A DNA stretch of 63,929 nt, counting the filler, from Circinaria calcarea (lineage: Eukaryota): the NCBI GenBank assembly GCA_051942165.1. It is 7 parts of 7 records of this genome, joined end to end, with 100 filler letters (N's around TTAATTAATTAA, not from the genome) between each part and the next. Parts side by side here need not be neighbours in the genome. Positions count along the whole stretch, not along the records: positions 36,610 to 45,653 come from JAVECS010000998.1; positions 45,754 to 54,795 come from JAVECS010000999.1; 5 more parts are not named here. One strand, given 5' to 3'. Positions 36,510 to 50,594 of this stretch are shown one piece after another. The notes beneath the pieces were generated by a model. That model saw only the letters and a program-made list of their open reading frames with translations. It did not search any database and was not told the origin of the DNA. Position 1 is the stretch's first letter, and every line of letters begins with the position of its first letter. A program made the translations under genes and the position numbers.

Positions 36510-36609
36510 NNNNNNNNNNNNNNNNNNNNNNNNNNNNNNNNNNNNNNNNNNNNTTAATTAATTAANNNNNNNNNNNNNNNNNNNNNNNNNNNNNNNNNNN
36601 NNNNNNNNN
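36510..36609. other. Artificial contig linker
   Basis: N44-TTAATTAATTAA-N44. Confidence 0.99.
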
Positions 36610-37866
36610 TTTGTCTGGTGCTAGTCGCTCTGCATAGTATCTTGTGGGTACCGGCGGCACTCTAGGTGTGCGGGTTTGCCCTGCTGTGCCGAGCGGCGAG
36701 CTAGACATCGTACCCGTCCATGGATGACTGTTGAGTGAACTGGCTATGCTAGCGCGGCGCGCCAAAGTCGAAACAGTTGGTGGAGACAAACTCGTTTCAA
36801 TGGACTTCGTAGCATGGTGTTTGTTTGTTTTAGTTGTGGGAGTATTATCTACTAGATTAGCACAGTCATCTTCCCCCCTTTCTTTCACACTGTTCATCGA
36901 TGCAAGTCGAAAGAATGTTTTGGAGGACTTCTTGCCCAACATCTGATCCTGGTCTAGAGGGCTATATACTTGGTCGGGCTCAGTGATTAGAGACTTTTCA
37001 TCGGATGACGAGGCCGCGAATGGCAAGTAGGGAAGAGAAGGTCTGTTGTCGTTTATTCTGGGACACTTCGGATCAGAAGGCTGTTGGCTGAAGCAGCTCC
37101 GATCAAATTGTAACTGCATATTCTGAGCTTCTATGTCGTTCAGAGACATCGTCGTAGTAGAAGGCCGATCCTCGGATGCACCTCTGAATGTACGTTGCGG
37201 ATGCTTCGCTGACCCCCTTTTGCACATTGGTAGTATAAAAGAGCATATCCCAAGAAGCAGACTGAGACGATCATCAACGTTCGAAGTCACTATATGCCGT
37301 TGCAGATAACTCACAGTGCTAGGATTGAGAGAAAGTAATTGACTTTGGACACTACGCAAGTGTTCCCAAAATGTGACGATAGGCCAAGATTTCCAATTAT
37401 AGCACATAATTGCCGAGAAGAAATCGTGATGGCTGTAGAAAGAAATCCCCAGATAATTCCGGAGACAGCCACTATAGCATGAATTATGCTTGCCAGTCCA
37501 GAGTGCATTAGGGATTTTTGAGCTGTCTGAAGTTTTGATCTGTAACGTGGTAAAAGCAAGGTTGCATTAGACAAGACGATAAGAGTGGCGAGCGTTGGCT
37601 TTGTTCAAAAGACATCAGTTGCTGTCAATCTATCACTGCAGGATCGTCGAAGAAATACATACTGCTATACAGAACCCTAAATCAAACCAACGTTGTGGAG
37701 AATCAAAGATGTCAGATTTGAAAAGATAGGCCATTTGAAGGATCAGCCACAAAGATAGGTAGATTACCGATACGTTCAGAAAGGCCGGCAGTACCCGTTG
37801 GAAAAAGAGGCTGCCACGATGATGGCCTTTCTCTTCGCTATCTATCATGTTGGTGTCGCTCCCCAT
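36610..37866 (-). CDS. Hypothetical integral membrane protein with a disordered C-tail; 3' end cut by the contig end
   Basis: Three same-strand ORF pieces with several hydrophobic helices (VLPAFLNVSVIYLSLWLILQMAYLF; LASIIHAIVAVSGIIWGFL; LLLGICSFILPM), separated by intron-like gaps. Exact exon boundaries are uncertain. Confidence 0.55.
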
Positions 37867-38017
37867 AATGATTCGCATAGGGAAGAGCTGCGCTTGAGGG
37901 TGCGCGCCCGAAGATCTAATAAGGACGCTCGGAAGCATTCCATTCGAGAGGATTCAGCCATCGAATCGCGGTTTTTGAGTAACATTGTGTGTCCCGAGCG
38001 AAGCAAGGGATGCTCCC

Positions 38018-38905
38018 TCAAGACTTACCGTGTTTTCGAGTCCTAGTTGACACAGCATCTCGGTCAACGCTTAGTGGACGCTCTTTTCGCTTCAGGATAT
38101 TCTTCTTTGGCGGCGTTGAAATCGGCAGTTCTGAAAAAGTACTGACAGGGGAAGCTAGAACGGTATCTTTTGGTAGAGACTCATTATTCTGCTTTGACGC
38201 CCATCCGCTCCATTCAGCCTTTCCCGCCTCGGCATTCCAGGTTATCTGGCCTTCCCTCGACGTATCATTGTTGTCTCCCAGCCATCTGGCCACAACCTCC
38301 CCTACCAGCTTCCCAACCGCTTCGGTTGCCGTTCGAGGCTTAACCTCCAGGCCATGGTCTGCGGCTTTCACCACGATTCTCCAGCTCTTGCACTTCATTT
38401 TGCCCCTCACCTGCTCCAGACTGTCAAGACTACACATGGAGTCTCCATCGCCGCTCACAAAAACCACTTTGATGGACTCTGGTAGATGGAGCAAAATTTG
38501 ATCTCGGACTTCTTTAGCGGTGTGTAGCGGATAACTCACGAGAACTAGGTGTGTTGTATCACTGGTGGTAGCCATTACTGCGGCTCGAGCACCCATACTT
38601 CTTCCGCCTAGCCAAGTAGAGCAATTTTGATCCTCCACAATGGCATTGAACATTTTAACGCGAGATTTGAGGTTCATATTTCCCTGAAAGCATAGGATTG
38701 GTAGAAGAGAAGAAAAGCCACAGCTGAAATTAGCAATACCACCAGAAGTCAAACTACCTCCTGCACCATGTGTGAAAATGAGAGCTGGTTTGGCAAGCTT
38801 CTCCCTCTCCCCGGTTTCATCATTGGCTGAACCAATCGACTGGGTACTGGGACTTGCCAGGATACAATAGATATCTTTTGGAGAGTAATGGATTTTGAAT
38901 TCCAT
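38018..38905 (-). CDS. Alpha/beta hydrolase (TEX30/KANSL3-like)
   Basis: LIFTHGAGG, nucleophile elbow GGRSMGAR, LVLVSYPLH, FVSGDGDSMC and ADHG, consistent with a Ser-Asp-His triad. Confidence 0.85.
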   Translation of the reverse strand: MEFKIHYSPKDIYCILASPSTQSIGSANDETGEREKLAKPALIFTHGAGGSLTSGGIANFSCGFSSLLPILCFQGNMNLKSRVKMFNAIVEDQNCSTWLGGRSMGARAAVMATTSDTTHLVLVSYPLHTAKEVRDQILLHLPESIKVVFVSGDGDSMCSLDSLEQVRGKMKCKSWRIVVKAADHGLEVKPRTATEAVGKLVGEVVARWLGDNNDTSREGQITWNAEAGKAEWSGWASKQNNESLPKDTVLASPVSTFSELPISTPPKKNILKRKERPLSVDRDAVSTRTRKHGKS

Positions 38906-39178
38906 TTTCAGCTCTTGGATCAAATACCATAGAGGCGCCGCTCCACGACGCAACGAAGCAGCGAAGAACAATCTCAGTGAACTGCATGTTTGCTGCGGGC
39001 TTCGGCCCTATTCTAGCCGACATTTCACCTCCGGGCAAGTCTCTATTTCTGATGTCGTTCCCGCTTCAAAGCAGATGCAGAGGCCGTTCCGTGGGCAGTT
39101 CCAAAGCGAAGACATGTCATAAATACATCTCAGTACTGCCTCCATAAGCTCAATTAGCATTCCAAGCATGCAATAACT

Positions 39179-40397
39179 ATGTCTGCCAAAGGCCCTTTAG
39201 ACGGGGTCCGAGTCGTCGAATTAGCCGGGCTCGCTCCAGGTGCACTCTCACTCCAGCTAAAGGTACATCCTTCAAGCTCATGACAAAACTGATGGGTCCA
39301 AAGCTCCTTTTGCAACCCTTCTTCTGGCCGATTATGGTGCTACGATTCTCAGGGTCGATCGTCCCCATCGATTGGCGCACTCGACGGAAACGCCGCCTCC
39401 TACTCCCGATCTACTCTCCCGGGGTAAGTCGTCCATTGCCGTGGATCTCAAGTCGCCAGGTGGACGGGCGTTAGTGCGCAAGGTACTTCAATCTGTCGAT
39501 GTTCTTGTGGATCCATTCCGTCCAGGTGTACTAGAAGACTTGGGTCTGAGCCCCAACGCATTGCTGGTTTCAAATCCGAGACTGGTCGTTGCTAGATTGA
39601 CCGGCTTTAGGAGAGATGGAAAATATGCAGACATGGCCGGTCACGACATCAATTACCTTGCCGTATCCGGCGTACTCAGTCAGCTTGGTAGGAAAGGCGA
39701 GCCACCCTCCCCTCCAGCCAACATTCTCGCAGACTTCGCCGGTGGTGGTTTGATGTGCGCTCTAGGTATTATAATTGCTCTTTTAGAAAGGGAGAGACTT
39801 GGGAGGGGTCAGGTTGTCGAGAGCAACATGGTCGACGGGTCAGCTTACCTCGGTAGCATGATGCGGCTAGGTATTAAGACACCTTTGTGGAATAAGCCCC
39901 GAGGGGAGAACCTGCTCGACGGGGGTTGCCCATGGTATGCAGTATATCAATGTAAAGATGGGGGCTACATGGCCGTTGGCGCCCTAGAACCCCAGTTCTT
40001 TATGGAATTGGTCATGGGCCTTGGACTTGAAAGTGATCTCCTAGCTCAGCGTGATGATAGAGAAGCATGGCCCTCCATTCGGGAACAATTCCGTTCAACT
40101 TTCATGCAGAAGACAAGATTACAGTGGGAAATCATATTCGACGGAAAAGACGCTTGTTGCACACCCGTACTGGGGCAAACAGAGCTTGAGTCGACCGCAT
40201 ACGAGCAGAGGCACCCAATCGGTTTGACAGATACTCCAGGACTGATGATTGATCAGCAAAAAGTCTGGAAGGATGATGGCCTTCCACCTGGCGCAGGTGG
40301 GGAAGCAGTCCTCGGCCAATGGCTAGGTTGGCGTAGAGGACAAAACTATGATGTTGAAAGAGGTGGATTGGTACTGGCAAGCACCGCCAAGTTATAA
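39179..40397 (+). CDS. Alpha-methylacyl-CoA racemase / CoA-transferase family III, one intron at about 39240-39303
   Basis: [83 protein letters not shown]. Confidence 0.92.
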
Positions 40398-43300
40398 AGA
40401 ATAGTAAAGAACACATGCATGCTACATATCAATCTGTGCCATCGAAGTCATTTTTACGGTACCCCCTGAGATCCAAGGAATATTGATAATGTGCTACATT
40501 CCTTTCGGGTGATATGAAGGTTCATTTAGATTCTTCTGTATCAGCGTCGGGTGTTGATGGAGCTAACCCAGGAGACGCTGTCTGGCTTCGACCATATTAC
40601 GTTTCAATATGGATCAAGAGCGGTTAGCAGGAGTCGTTGTTGAGAGTAACAGTATTACAAGGGCGGATCCTTTCTGCAGGAATTACATCTCATTCAATCT
40701 TATAATAATCTAAGCTATACTCCGTACCGTAGCGAGGTACGGTGCACTCCTCATACAACAATCGCACACCGGCCTCGATTTTAGCGGGATTCAATGGCTT
40801 GGAAGACCCTTAGTAAACCCTAATAGTGGAGTATTAGAAAGGGGGGAATGGGTTGCGTTTCTAATTTGGATAATGACAATGTGTGGATAGGCAAGTTGTC
40901 AAATCCTGACGTCGTGCATTAAAGAAGCTGACAGCCTATGCATGACGATAGAGCTCTGCCTTTCACATCTTTCGACAACCAATCCTAGCACCATAACACC
41001 GCTAACGATTTGGAACTTCCAATCTCCTTCAGATTCCCTTCGCGACCCCCGAGCAATACACTATTGGCAAGCAAGCGACCCTCCCTGGTGGTGTGACAGC
41101 TTCAAAGCTTGGGTCGTGCTGCGACAACTGAGCATCAGAATAACTCATCTGAGCCGTCGACCCACAATCAACTTACAGGTGTGACCTTCTGGCTCGCTAC
41201 CTATACGCTTCCAAGAATCCTCCCACTTGTGCAACTGTTCTACCATGGATTGAGCGGAGTGAGGGATGTTGTGCTCTCCAACAACGAGGAAGGCCCTATA
41301 ACTGTCGGACTCATTCATGTACCGCTGGAGACATTGTATGGACGACGATTCTCTTGATTGGGCCTGGACCCTACAGATCTCGCTCTTCTCTGGCTCAGAT
41401 CTCCTACTATCAAAGAATCGTTAGTAGGATCTCTACGAGGCAAGAGAAGAGCCACGGCGGCCATGAGGCTTACGTCATTACACGATCCATAACCTCATGA
41501 GACTCTGTGCATAGGCAGGGGAGAACGATATAACTATGTACGACGGAAGCAGGCTTAACGGCTTCATGAGGTCTCTTATAACATTCATCCGTTGCCTCGG
41601 AAGACTGCGTGGATGTTGGCTCTCATTGATGCCCCTGCGGCCCATACGGTAGGAAAGCAAGGGTCATCCAACTGACAGTCTGACTGCAGGTGAAGCACAT
41701 GGCCAAGTAGGATACCGTTACCGAGGTTCCTGTGTTGATCTGCGATGGTCATGGATACTCAAAGCAAGCTATCCCGCTTCCGATGTCCTCAGCATCTATA
41801 AATCGGATAATAGCCACGCAAGTTATTTATCTACCAGCTGAATAGGGTGGAAGAAGCACGAATCCGGTGCTTAGATCCTGTCTCCCGTTTGTGCAGCCAG
41901 GCGGCGACGTTGCGGAGCGAGCATTTCATTGGCTGAAGAGAACGAGTTGTCTCTTCATGAAGGAAGGGAACACGGCTCTTTACTCTATGTTATTTTGGTC
42001 ATGCCCGTTTATTGGTTTCCCCTAGCGATTCTATGTTAGGAAATTCTCAATGGCCTCCACACGAGAGCAATTAGGCCACAACACGCGAGCTGTAATTAGA
42101 ATGACAGCCATGCATCCTCGTCGATTCTTCGGGACCTCCATCGGCACTAGAGTAGGAAATCGTAATAGCTGACGCCATCCTACCGCACTAGCATCTGCAC
42201 GTTGAAGTCACTCTACAATTGGGGGCGTAGACGCAAGGACTGTGTAGGCAGGCCCGTTCTGTCGGAATTCGCTTGTCAGGGTCGCAGCTCTCCTCTGATT
42301 GGCCATATGTCACCGACGAACTCCGGGCAGCAAGCCTCGACTACTGCAAGTGCCAGGGGAGGAAGGAAACAGTCGTTGAAGGCGCCGACGACGTTCTCCC
42401 ATGGATCTGCCACCACAAATGGCAACGTGACGGGGGTCGATTTCAAGTGACTGCCTTGGAATAGCCGGCTCCTGCAAATCTATCGCGTTTGGTGTTCGCG
42501 GGGCATAGAAGCACCGCCTTGGGACGGACATGTTCGCTCGACGGCCGAGTAAAGGGAAAGATGAGTGCGGCAGCGGTGCATGGTGGAAGGCGAGATGGTG
42601 GGGTGGCCTCTACTTGGACTGATCGCCTGTGCTTGGCTACTGAATACGATGGGGATCTTTAGCAGGTCGCGCCTATGTGGGATCTGGGAGGTCCAACTAC
42701 CATTGTACTTCCTGGCGCGCAGCATTATCAGACAGGTAGGAGGATGGCGAGTCTTATGGAGTAGATGCGAGTCTTTTGCTGGACACATAGGCCATCACTT
42801 AAAGCCATTGAATATCATCTCCCTCGGGCGTGGGCATGGCTACAACGGCGAAATCTATCATTGCGTTCGGACCACCTCCAAGTACCTTTGCTGTGGCTCT
42901 CACACACAGCCTGACCGATCAGTGTACCAGTATCTCCAATTGCGGATTCAAGATGCAGGGGCTTGTCCGGTCGGGTCCGAGTCCGTGAGCATGGCTGTCA
43001 ACGGGTTGTTCCTCCCCCACCATCACTGTTGATCTCCCCCCAACTCCAAACATTGGCAGTAGCCAACAACACGGGACCAAAGTCAACGTCGCCCTGCTTT
43101 GATCCTTTCCGTCGAACCTCCTGCTGCCAATCTGGGGGGCCTTATCCGCTTATGTACACCTTGTCCATGGACTAGGATTGGATTCCCTCGTGCATCCGCC
43201 CGTTAAGGTTAAGTCGTGCATTGGTCTGACCCGATGCGCTCGGAATTCTCGTGCATTCGCGGTGGAGAGACGCGAGACTACTCCCACAGATCAATAGATT

Positions 43301-44870
43301 CTACTTCCTTCTCTGGTCTCAGATTACAGTAATGTCAAGATATCAGCAAGGCTAAACCCGAATCAGCTGCCAGGGTCGGATTGGAAGACACCTAAGACGG
43401 CCAGGAGGTGAATCGGATGCGAGATTAGTCTTTCCCATGCACATCACCTTGCTCTTCCATCGGAACCTACAGCTATGAGGCAACTATTAACATGAAACTA
43501 TTTGGCGTGTGTTACGGTTGTGAGGTAAGTAGTACGGTATTCTCTCTCCTAGCTACTACATTCGACATGACTTTCCTACACAGAGTAACAGCGTTGACAT
43601 CAGAGCATTCCCTCCTTACGAACCACATCTCGCCAAATATCACGGCACGGAATCTTACGACACATCAGAGTTCGGTCTCAAGCCTTGATTGATAGGTATT
43701 GAATACGGGGCACTTCTCGTATACCAACTGTCTTCAATCAGCAACATTATTCGCACACCGACCCTCGATTACTATGGGCCTCTGCATTGGATGAGCAGCA
43801 TCCTTAATCCCCAAAAGGACGTAATCAGCCTTCATTGTGGTATGACTAGTCGAACATCGTCGGGGTATTGACCATATTCTACACCTCGACTCAAGCTAAA
43901 ATAAGCTGAAGGAAGTCGATGGAGCGCTCCTCAAAGCTCGACTTTGAAATCCAACAATTACTGTTTTCGAGGCTTCACGGCCCTTTCCCGGGAGAATGCG
44001 GCTATGGCGATATCCATGTCCTGAAGTGATCAGTATAATACTATTGAGACGTCGAACACATCATTGTCTTGTTCGCATGTTTGGTTACGCATTTCATCCT
44101 TTTCGCAATAATCAATGCTATTAAATTCTTGTTGTACGTTCCCCTGATGAAAGGTTAGCCACGGACACCAAGCTGCATGACTCCCTAACCTCATTTTTTC
44201 TTTAACAGATGCTGGTATGTTCATACTTGTACAATCCATGCCACGGAAAGCAAACTCCCCGGCATAGAATAGATGGTGGTTGGGTTCCTACTTCACGACT
44301 TGTTTTTATGTCTGGGGGTTTAATAGGGATCTTGAGTTATATAAACACTCCCGCGGCCTGTGTCTGCTCTCTATACCCTTGATTACAGAGACTTCTATTC
44401 TCATCAAACCCTGTCTTTTCTTGTTCGGATCACTTCTTCAAATGAGCTCATCTTTCCTCTAATCCTACCTCTCCCGTTCACTCATACCATGCTCTCTACT
44501 GGTAACGTAATATAGAGAAGTTTGAAATATGGCCCCTTTTCTACCTACATGCCTTCTCACATTGTATCAGTAGCCTCCTGCAGATGACGTGAGATTCTCC
44601 TTGGGGCATGTCTGCTGTTTTGTAACACCGCGCTTATAGCATTACGCCACGATTGAGTAAGGAAGGAGATCGAAGTAGCGACACTAAAACATAAAAGTTT
44701 CATGTATGCTGCGGTATTGTTTCAGGTATCACTCATATGCGCAAAACTCCCCGACCGGAGAATATAAATGTTTAAGAAGTGTTTTCCATTATAATGTTTC
44801 CATCTCCATGTTCTTCTTCTTCCAGCGGAATGTCATTACTATTTGAGGGCATCAGTCAGTAATTCTTCTC

Positions 44871-45653
44871 ATGATCTATCTAATTCTACTTCTCTGTACC
44901 TTTAACTTTCCGGTAATCGCAACACCAGTCGGACCTGATCTTGTCCAGTATGCAGATGAAACAACGTACAAATCCCACCCTTGAAATTTCATAGATGTAT
45001 TCTAATAAATCGCCAACAGTCACCCTCCCCTCACCCCTAAACCCACCATCATAGATTTTGCCGACCGCGATGTCTCCTCTAACCTAACCATCTATCATTA
45101 CAACCCTCCCTCCCAATCCCTCGACAAACGTACCCTCTACCGCCCTCAAACCCAGTGCCCCCCCGGCACCCAGATCCGCATCGCCTACTGCCGCGCCATC
45201 ACCAGTTCCCAAGCCGTCCGGATCTTCTGCCGTAACACCATTTCCGGAATCATCAGCTCGCATGATACGCACTGCGCCGATCGCGAAATCTGCGTCGACG
45301 ACTTTGTTTTTGTGCCGAACGCGCACCCCAACACCGCGTTTCCGGCCGATTGGGTGTCGCGCGCTTGGTGCCTCAGCATCGTCGATCTGGCCTCGTACGT
45401 GGCCGTGGGGACACCGGACGAGCAGATTACCGCTGTCAGGGCTCCTTCTTCTTCGCAGCTCTCCTCGCCTCCACCGCCCGGGCAGGCCAGGGGCGCGTTC
45501 GCGGCCATTTTGACGACTGCGGATGAGCGGCACTCTCTGTTCGCAGCGAGCATGAGTATTGAAGCGCAGAGGACGCAGATGGTTCACGGGCGGCCTTTGT
45601 GGATGGGGGTGCAGGGCGGGAAGAGGGAGTGTCAGGGATGCGCGAGTTTGGGG
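44871..45653 (+). CDS. Secreted Cys-rich protein (effector-like); intron 44966-45019; 3' end cut by the contig end
   Basis: Signal peptide MIYLILLLCTFNFPVIA|TPV, pro-region ending LDKR (Kex2-like), then at least six Cys (QCPPG..YCRA..FCRN..HCADREICVD..AWCLS). A TATAAA lies at 44763. Confidence 0.72.
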
Positions 45654-45753
45654 NNNNNNNNNNNNNNNNNNNNNNNNNNNNNNNNNNNNNNNNNNNNTTA
45701 ATTAATTAANNNNNNNNNNNNNNNNNNNNNNNNNNNNNNNNNNNNNNNNNNNN
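45654..45753. other. Artificial contig linker
   Basis: N44-TTAATTAATTAA-N44. Confidence 0.99.
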
Positions 45754-46580
45754 AAAAGCTGCGTCGATGGCGAGAGGGTTGTGGGAAGAGGGTGCGGGGG
45801 GACAGGCATACTTAGATTTTTTCGGGCGTGCAATGTAGGCTAGGGTAAAGAAAGTTTGCATCCCCCTCGAACAGTCTCATTTGCCATGTTGCAAAACTTG
45901 TGGATTCCACTTCCTGGGATTATTACGGACCACATAAGCCTTTCCCCCCCCCCAAATTCTTGCTTCCTCACCCCATATGCAGCATGCATCTACCACCCAC
46001 CCGTTGCTTGTAGTGTGGCGGTGCGTTGATTCTATCAACCCCTCCAAATTTCAGTCTCTCCGGCTCCACATACTCTGCCCATGGGCATAAACTCCCCTCT
46101 CCATGTCTCCCTTCCATTTTCCCCCTCTCCGCCTTCCTCCCAGTAACAGGAAAACCCGACGACCTACATGAGCTATACGCTTCATCGCTAACCCGGATAA
46201 TTGCTAGTCGCTAACTCCTCAACGAGGGCTTGTCTTGTTGATCGAGAAGGTGAGAAGGATAAGGGAAGGGGAGGTAAAGAGGGGAGGCGAACAGGGGGGT
46301 TAGCAATGAAGGAGGAGAGGGGAGAGAAGAGGGAAGAGAAGAGGGAAGAGAGGATAGGTGTTTTAAGGGGGAGTTAGAGTGGTGGTCATGGTATCGGGCT
46401 TATTTGGGCAAGGACACGAAACATGTCTCTCAAATACCAGTTGTCGTAAAAGACGTGTCGTAGCGTAGAACGGAGCAGTGGGTATGTGAGAAGATGTATC
46501 GAGCTATACTGAGAGAATGGGTATCATAAAACTAGGAGACAGAATGGAGAAATGGTCCACGTTGTGGTTTTCGAGCAGGT

Positions 46581-47596
46581 TTAAAAACTCATCATCGCCT
46601 CCATGGATTTGGCACCATCTTCACCTTTTGATATCGTCTTTGATGCTGGAGCTCCGTTTCTAGGACAAGTCAGTTCGCTGTGCACTGGTCGTCGTTGGAT
46701 GGGGGGACTCACGAGAAAAAGAGAAATGCTATGGCGATGGCATATCCCGCATGCAGTGCCATGACTACAATCAGAAGGACCTTGCTCGTTTTCTGGTCGA
46801 CAGCACTGACCACCGGATACAGGTTCCTGACCAGGAACAAGCCCGAGACGCCCAATCCGACTCCGACAAATACGAGATTCAAGATGGTGATAGGGCTCCA
46901 GCTGATCAACGCAACCGGTATCCAGATCAAATTCGCGTACCCGTACAATGCCCAGCACTCCAACACATTCGCCCCCTCACTGCCAAACCACTTCAGCAGC
47001 CCCCACAGCACCACCGGAATCACGCCCGTATACCCATACACCAGCCCACTGGCGCCACTCAGCAAGCGAAAACTGTAGCCGAAGTGATCCTCGCCCTTGC
47101 TGGCGAGGTATTGGCTGATGGTGCCGGTGATGAAGAGGATGAAGGTGACGGTGGTGGCGATCCAGAAGGGCCCGTAGAGGTCCGGATTGCCGTCGAGGAC
47201 GTCGAGGAAGTTGGCGCGCGGGTAGAGGGCGGTGCGGCAGCGGCGAAGGACTTCAGCGGTGTCAACGTCGAAGAATTGGGCGTAGAAGGAGAGGGACCAG
47301 AGGTAGCGTTTGGAGGAGAGGCGATCGTTGGAGGAGGAATTGGCGTTGTTGGAGGGCGGGAGTTTGTTATTGGGAGGGGGGTCGTCAAAGTCTGGGTTTT
47401 ATAGGAGTGGTCAGGTTTGGTTTGGGGAGATAGAATAGGGACTGACTCGATGAATGGAACTCGAGGTCTTCTTGGAGGTCGGTGTGGCCCAAGTCGCCCT
47501 GGGTTGGAGTCAGTAGGGTTGTCCATGTTATGTGGAGCTGAGTGAAAATACCTCGGCATCAACGTCGACGACTACATCATACCCTCTATTCGCCAT
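46581..47596 (-). CDS. Yip1-domain protein (YIPF1/2, Yip5-like), multi-exon
   Basis: MANRGYDVVVDVDAEGDLGHTDLQEDLEFHSS..LWSLSFYAQFFDVDT..DLYGPFWIATTVTFILF..LVYGYTGVIP..ECWALYGYANLIWIP; last exon ends MEAMMSF*. Confidence 0.9.
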
Positions 47597-48406
47597 TGTC
47601 GGGTTCTAGTACTACGCTTTACTTGCAATCGATAAGTCGTACGTGTTCTGGACCACGAGTAGCATACAAATCAGCTCACCTGGATGTATTCCAGGGCTGA
47701 CACTGATTTTAACCATAAGAAGCTTAGTGTCCGAAGACTTGTCAGCTTCTCCTTATTACATAAGCGTTTATTTTAAGTCTGGACGTTTCCATTAACTCAC
47801 ATGTTCCAGTATTTCTTTTTTCGCCAATCAGTTTCATTCTCTTACATTATTCAAGCCGTCGAAGGTTGGCTGGATTCTTCAGCCTGTGTCTATCATAGGA
47901 ATAATGCGGACCCCCTCAATCAACGCAGCTGCTTGTGCAATACAGTGTGGCGTATGTAAGCCCGATGGAGGCACTGTCCCTATCTTATGCCACCCAACCT
48001 CTACTGCACTTACGTAAGATTGGATGGAAAGATATCATCCTCTCGGCGGCGGTGATTCTGATATGGATGACGTGATATCTCATAACAGCTGTGAAGAGAG
48101 AAGACAACGAGTCAGCAAAGAAGGGCACTGTTTTACCCGGGCGAGCCTGCACTTGTTACAAATATATCGCCGCCTAACATTACATCATCCAGATTTAGAA
48201 AGACTCTGCGTCCTCGATGAGCAGTAAGGGAAAGGGGCTAGATCTCATATATACACTTTCAGAGAGTCGCCCCGTCTCATTTGGACCAGAAATACTTAGC
48301 CTGTTATCATATCATCACCGTTGCGGCGGTTTTGGTTACCAGAGAAGCTAATAGGACAAGAGAACAACAGACACCTTGCACTACACCTGCTGTAGATCTC
48401 TAAAGG

Positions 48407-50560
48407 ATGACGGGTAATTTAGGCGTTTCATTGCCCTTGGGGCATCCATCCCCAGTTGAATGGCAATTCATGAATATCAGCGACCCTGGACAAAGCCGAG
48501 ATCGAAAGTTCCGCAAAGTGGTTCGGGTGAATGCAATGATAAAACATCGACGGAACCAAAAGCAGCACCATATCGAAGCTCTTAAGAGGGCGAGACAAAA
48601 CAAGGGAATTATAGAGAATTCATTATCCACAAAGGAGAATCTGCAGAGCGACGTCGACGTCTTGGAGGAATTCTTCAGGTATAATGTTAGCGAATATAAC
48701 AGCAACTCGCTGAGCAGATCTAGGAACCACGCACGGAGAGTACGAACGGTGTCCATGTCCCTCGAACAAAGATTGTGTTTATACTAGCGCTGACTATGTA
48801 CTTTTACTAGCGCCTCTGCCCTAAGCTTGCCGATAGGACCATCAACAACAATGAGAATAAACCTTCGTGCAGAGGTGTAACTAGCAGTCCCCAAACGTTG
48901 CTTGGAGCTGGTATGGTCGACCCATTTGGGACATACCCAGGTCACCCTCAGTCGCAGTGTCATCGCTTGCTTAATCATTGTAAGTACATTCCACTCTGTT
49001 TTATCGCTGAAAAGACTGTTAGCAAGCGGTGACAGTCTGAATGCAGCTTGAAACTCTTAATATGTTTTCCAGTTGGACTATTTGCATTATCTCTTGTTCG
49101 AATTTTCAGGCATGGGCTAGCTCTGTTTGAATACTTGTCTATTCTTCTGGGTCACTGTAAGACCACTATTACGATCGTTGTTTTCCGGAATATGATAGGT
49201 TTTCCAATATGATAAGATCGGTCCACACTTTCCCTCAAGGGATTTCATGGATTGGCCTTGAATTGTACTATAGCTGACTTCTAACTTGCAGTCCTCTATG
49301 TCCTTGCTCCTGATATGCTCCCGACTGCCACTGGCCAAGAAAACTGTCCATTCAGAACCATATTTGTTCGGCAAGCTTTGACAGACCAGTGTCTTTTCAA
49401 CGCTGTCCTATTCCTTGCTGCTTATCACATCGATAGTCTTTGCGAGCGGACAGTAAGCCAAGCGACGCTATCGTACCGGGGAGAGACCATCAGATTAATC
49501 AATGCAAAATTACGTTCTCTGGAGCAAGCAATATCTGATTCGACCATCGGTGCGGTGGCTCTCTTGAGCCTTGGCTGCACTAAATTGAAAGGGACTTTAC
49601 TGGGACAACTGAACGGAAATCAGCCTATAGCCGCTGATTGCACAGAGTCGGATCTTCATCTTAACGCCTTGCAGTGGATGGTTAAAATGAGGGGAGGGCT
49701 AGAGGCCCTAGGAATGAACGGAGTGCTGCACATGTTAATCAACTGGTATGTCGCAAAAGGGCAAAGCTTCATGATGGATTTGTTGTTTCAGTTCTAAACG
49801 TTGGTCTAGGCAGGATCTGTCTTCTTCTACGGTAGAAGCGTCCACGCCTCGATTTGAACGATACGACTTTGGTCGCACTCGACAAGAGGCCATTTCGTTG
49901 GTAGATCGGTATGTTCCGGGAGAGGTAGCCGAGGAGTTTATAAACGCCGTGTCAGATTCCGGTTTCCCTGGGGAATTACAAGAGCTATTGCCTTTTCTCC
50001 GCAACCTCACCCGGGTTCGAGATAGCATCACTCGGATCCACAACGCCACGACAACCGAAATAATGGCCTTTGGCAGTGTGCGGTCCTCCCTCGAGCATCA
50101 GTTACTATTACACCCCAAGCACGGAGGCGATTACGGAGCTCGAACATCCCAAGACGGGTATCTGGAAGAATCGTGCCGCGTGGCGGCCTTGATCTATATC
50201 GAAGCGGCCCTACGTGGCTTCCGTCCCAAGTTTACGGTACCCAAGTTCCTGAAGCATAAATTGATGGAAGGTTATGAACGACGTCGTCAGATTGATCCAA
50301 ATGTTGTTGGCGAGACATCATCCGGTGTTTTACTATGGATTCTCTGCACCGGAGCTATCCTCTCGCTGAACGACATGGAGAAGGCGTGGTTTGCGGGAAA
50401 CATCATCCGAGCCATGACAAGAGCGCGTCTTGAAAGTTGGCAGGTCGTGGAAGAATGTCTGACGAGCCTCTTATGGACCAAGTCCATGTCGGCTACTCTG
50501 TATCGATTGGTGTGGCCCGTAGTCGAAAAGGAAGTTGGCAACCTGAGAATTTTTTACTAG
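48407..50560 (+). CDS. Fungal-specific transcription factor domain protein (Fungal_trans_2-like, no Zn2Cys6 cluster), about 4 exons
   Basis: N-terminal WQFMNISDP..RKVVRVNAM, LGAGMVDPFGTYP, ALTDQCLFNAVL, YRGETIRLIN, SDSTIGAVALL, HLNALQWMVKMRGGLEALG, ESCRVAALIY, LLWILCTG. Confidence 0.78.
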
Positions 50561-50594
50561 CCTAGGGGTACTTTTCTGGACTCCCATTTTGGAG

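Noticed and set aside
40400..44800. Short ORFs (e.g. 42565-43032) and TAAACCCTAA at about 40814 as a telomerase RNA template
   Set aside because: No recognisable protein motifs. The sequence does not match the TAACCCTAA template expected for TTAGGG telomeres, and no other telomerase RNA elements could be seen.
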